From Planctomycetota bacterium (lineage in GTDB: Bacteria; Planctomycetota; PLA2), in NCBI GenBank assembly GCA_036273915.1, contig DASUGR010000223.1, positions 1 to 61,879 of the forward strand: a stretch of 61,879 nucleotides of DNA, in the 5' to 3' direction. Under the pieces are notes generated by a model. It saw nothing but the letters and a program-made list of their open reading frames with translations. It was not told where the DNA came from and did not search any database. Of the stretch, positions 61,758-61,879 are shown in pieces (position 1 is the stretch's first letter; the number at the start of each line of letters is the position of its first letter). The position numbers and the translations under genes are program-made.

Positions 61758-61879
61758 CCAAGCCTCCTTAGGGCGATCGAAGCGCAGGGATTTCGGCGGA
61801 CCGCCGCAGCCTCCGGGGGCGTATGGACAGGGTGTGCGGCGCGGGTATCGTAAGGCAACCTGATTCGCGCCCCCGACCC

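Noticed and set aside
61546-61863. 105-aa plus-strand ORF, and 61505-61771 plus, in the window tail
   Set aside because: They are Arg/Pro-rich with no SD and no protein-like segments. They are most likely the antisense shadow of the minus-strand small ORF.

Overview
Very GC-rich bacterial chromosomal window, densely coded on both strands. By-eye motif recognition supports about 55 protein genes and one tRNA-Ala(CGC). I found no rRNA, CRISPR array, transposase or integrase. Many of the very long track ORFs are GC-driven read-through or antisense artefacts, so real genes were re-delimited using signal peptides, Shine-Dalgarno sequences and ATGA/GTGA stop-start overlaps. Recognisable housekeeping genes: sppA, glutaryl-CoA dehydrogenase, thiolase, a glnB-like/glnA pair, glgC, glgB, a CNNM/CorC transporter, a GldA/F/G-like ABC operon with a DUF4340 gene, and two further ABC systems. 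Signalling genes: a partial HD-GYP protein, an FHA-DUF4388 protein, a PilZ protein, and an ECF sigma factor with a Ser/Thr kinase-WD40 protein. The most system-like unexplained content is: (1) an eight-gene cluster at 39943-47254 with a PaaK-like adenylating enzyme, PAP2, an orphan ATP-grasp-like protein, an M29 aminopeptidase, a YbdK/GCS2 ligase, an ATP-grasp ligase and an esterase; (2) a secreted operon at 8505-13479 with two tandem HEAT-VWA paralogues and a methionine-rich protein; (3) a Peptidase_MA-like/lectin-like giant protein followed by two lipoprotein paralogues of that Met-rich protein, at 23416-29407; (4) an AAA+/PD-(D/E)xK-like (DUF4143-type) gene behind an AT-rich promoter carrying two copies of a TCACG-N-CGTGA palindrome; (5) a dispersed roughly 25-30 nt bipartite poly-G element (GAATC-G7-8-CYC-G5-6) found many times at gene boundaries in both orientations. 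All family assignments are by-eye recognition of motifs in the supplied translations. No database search was run.
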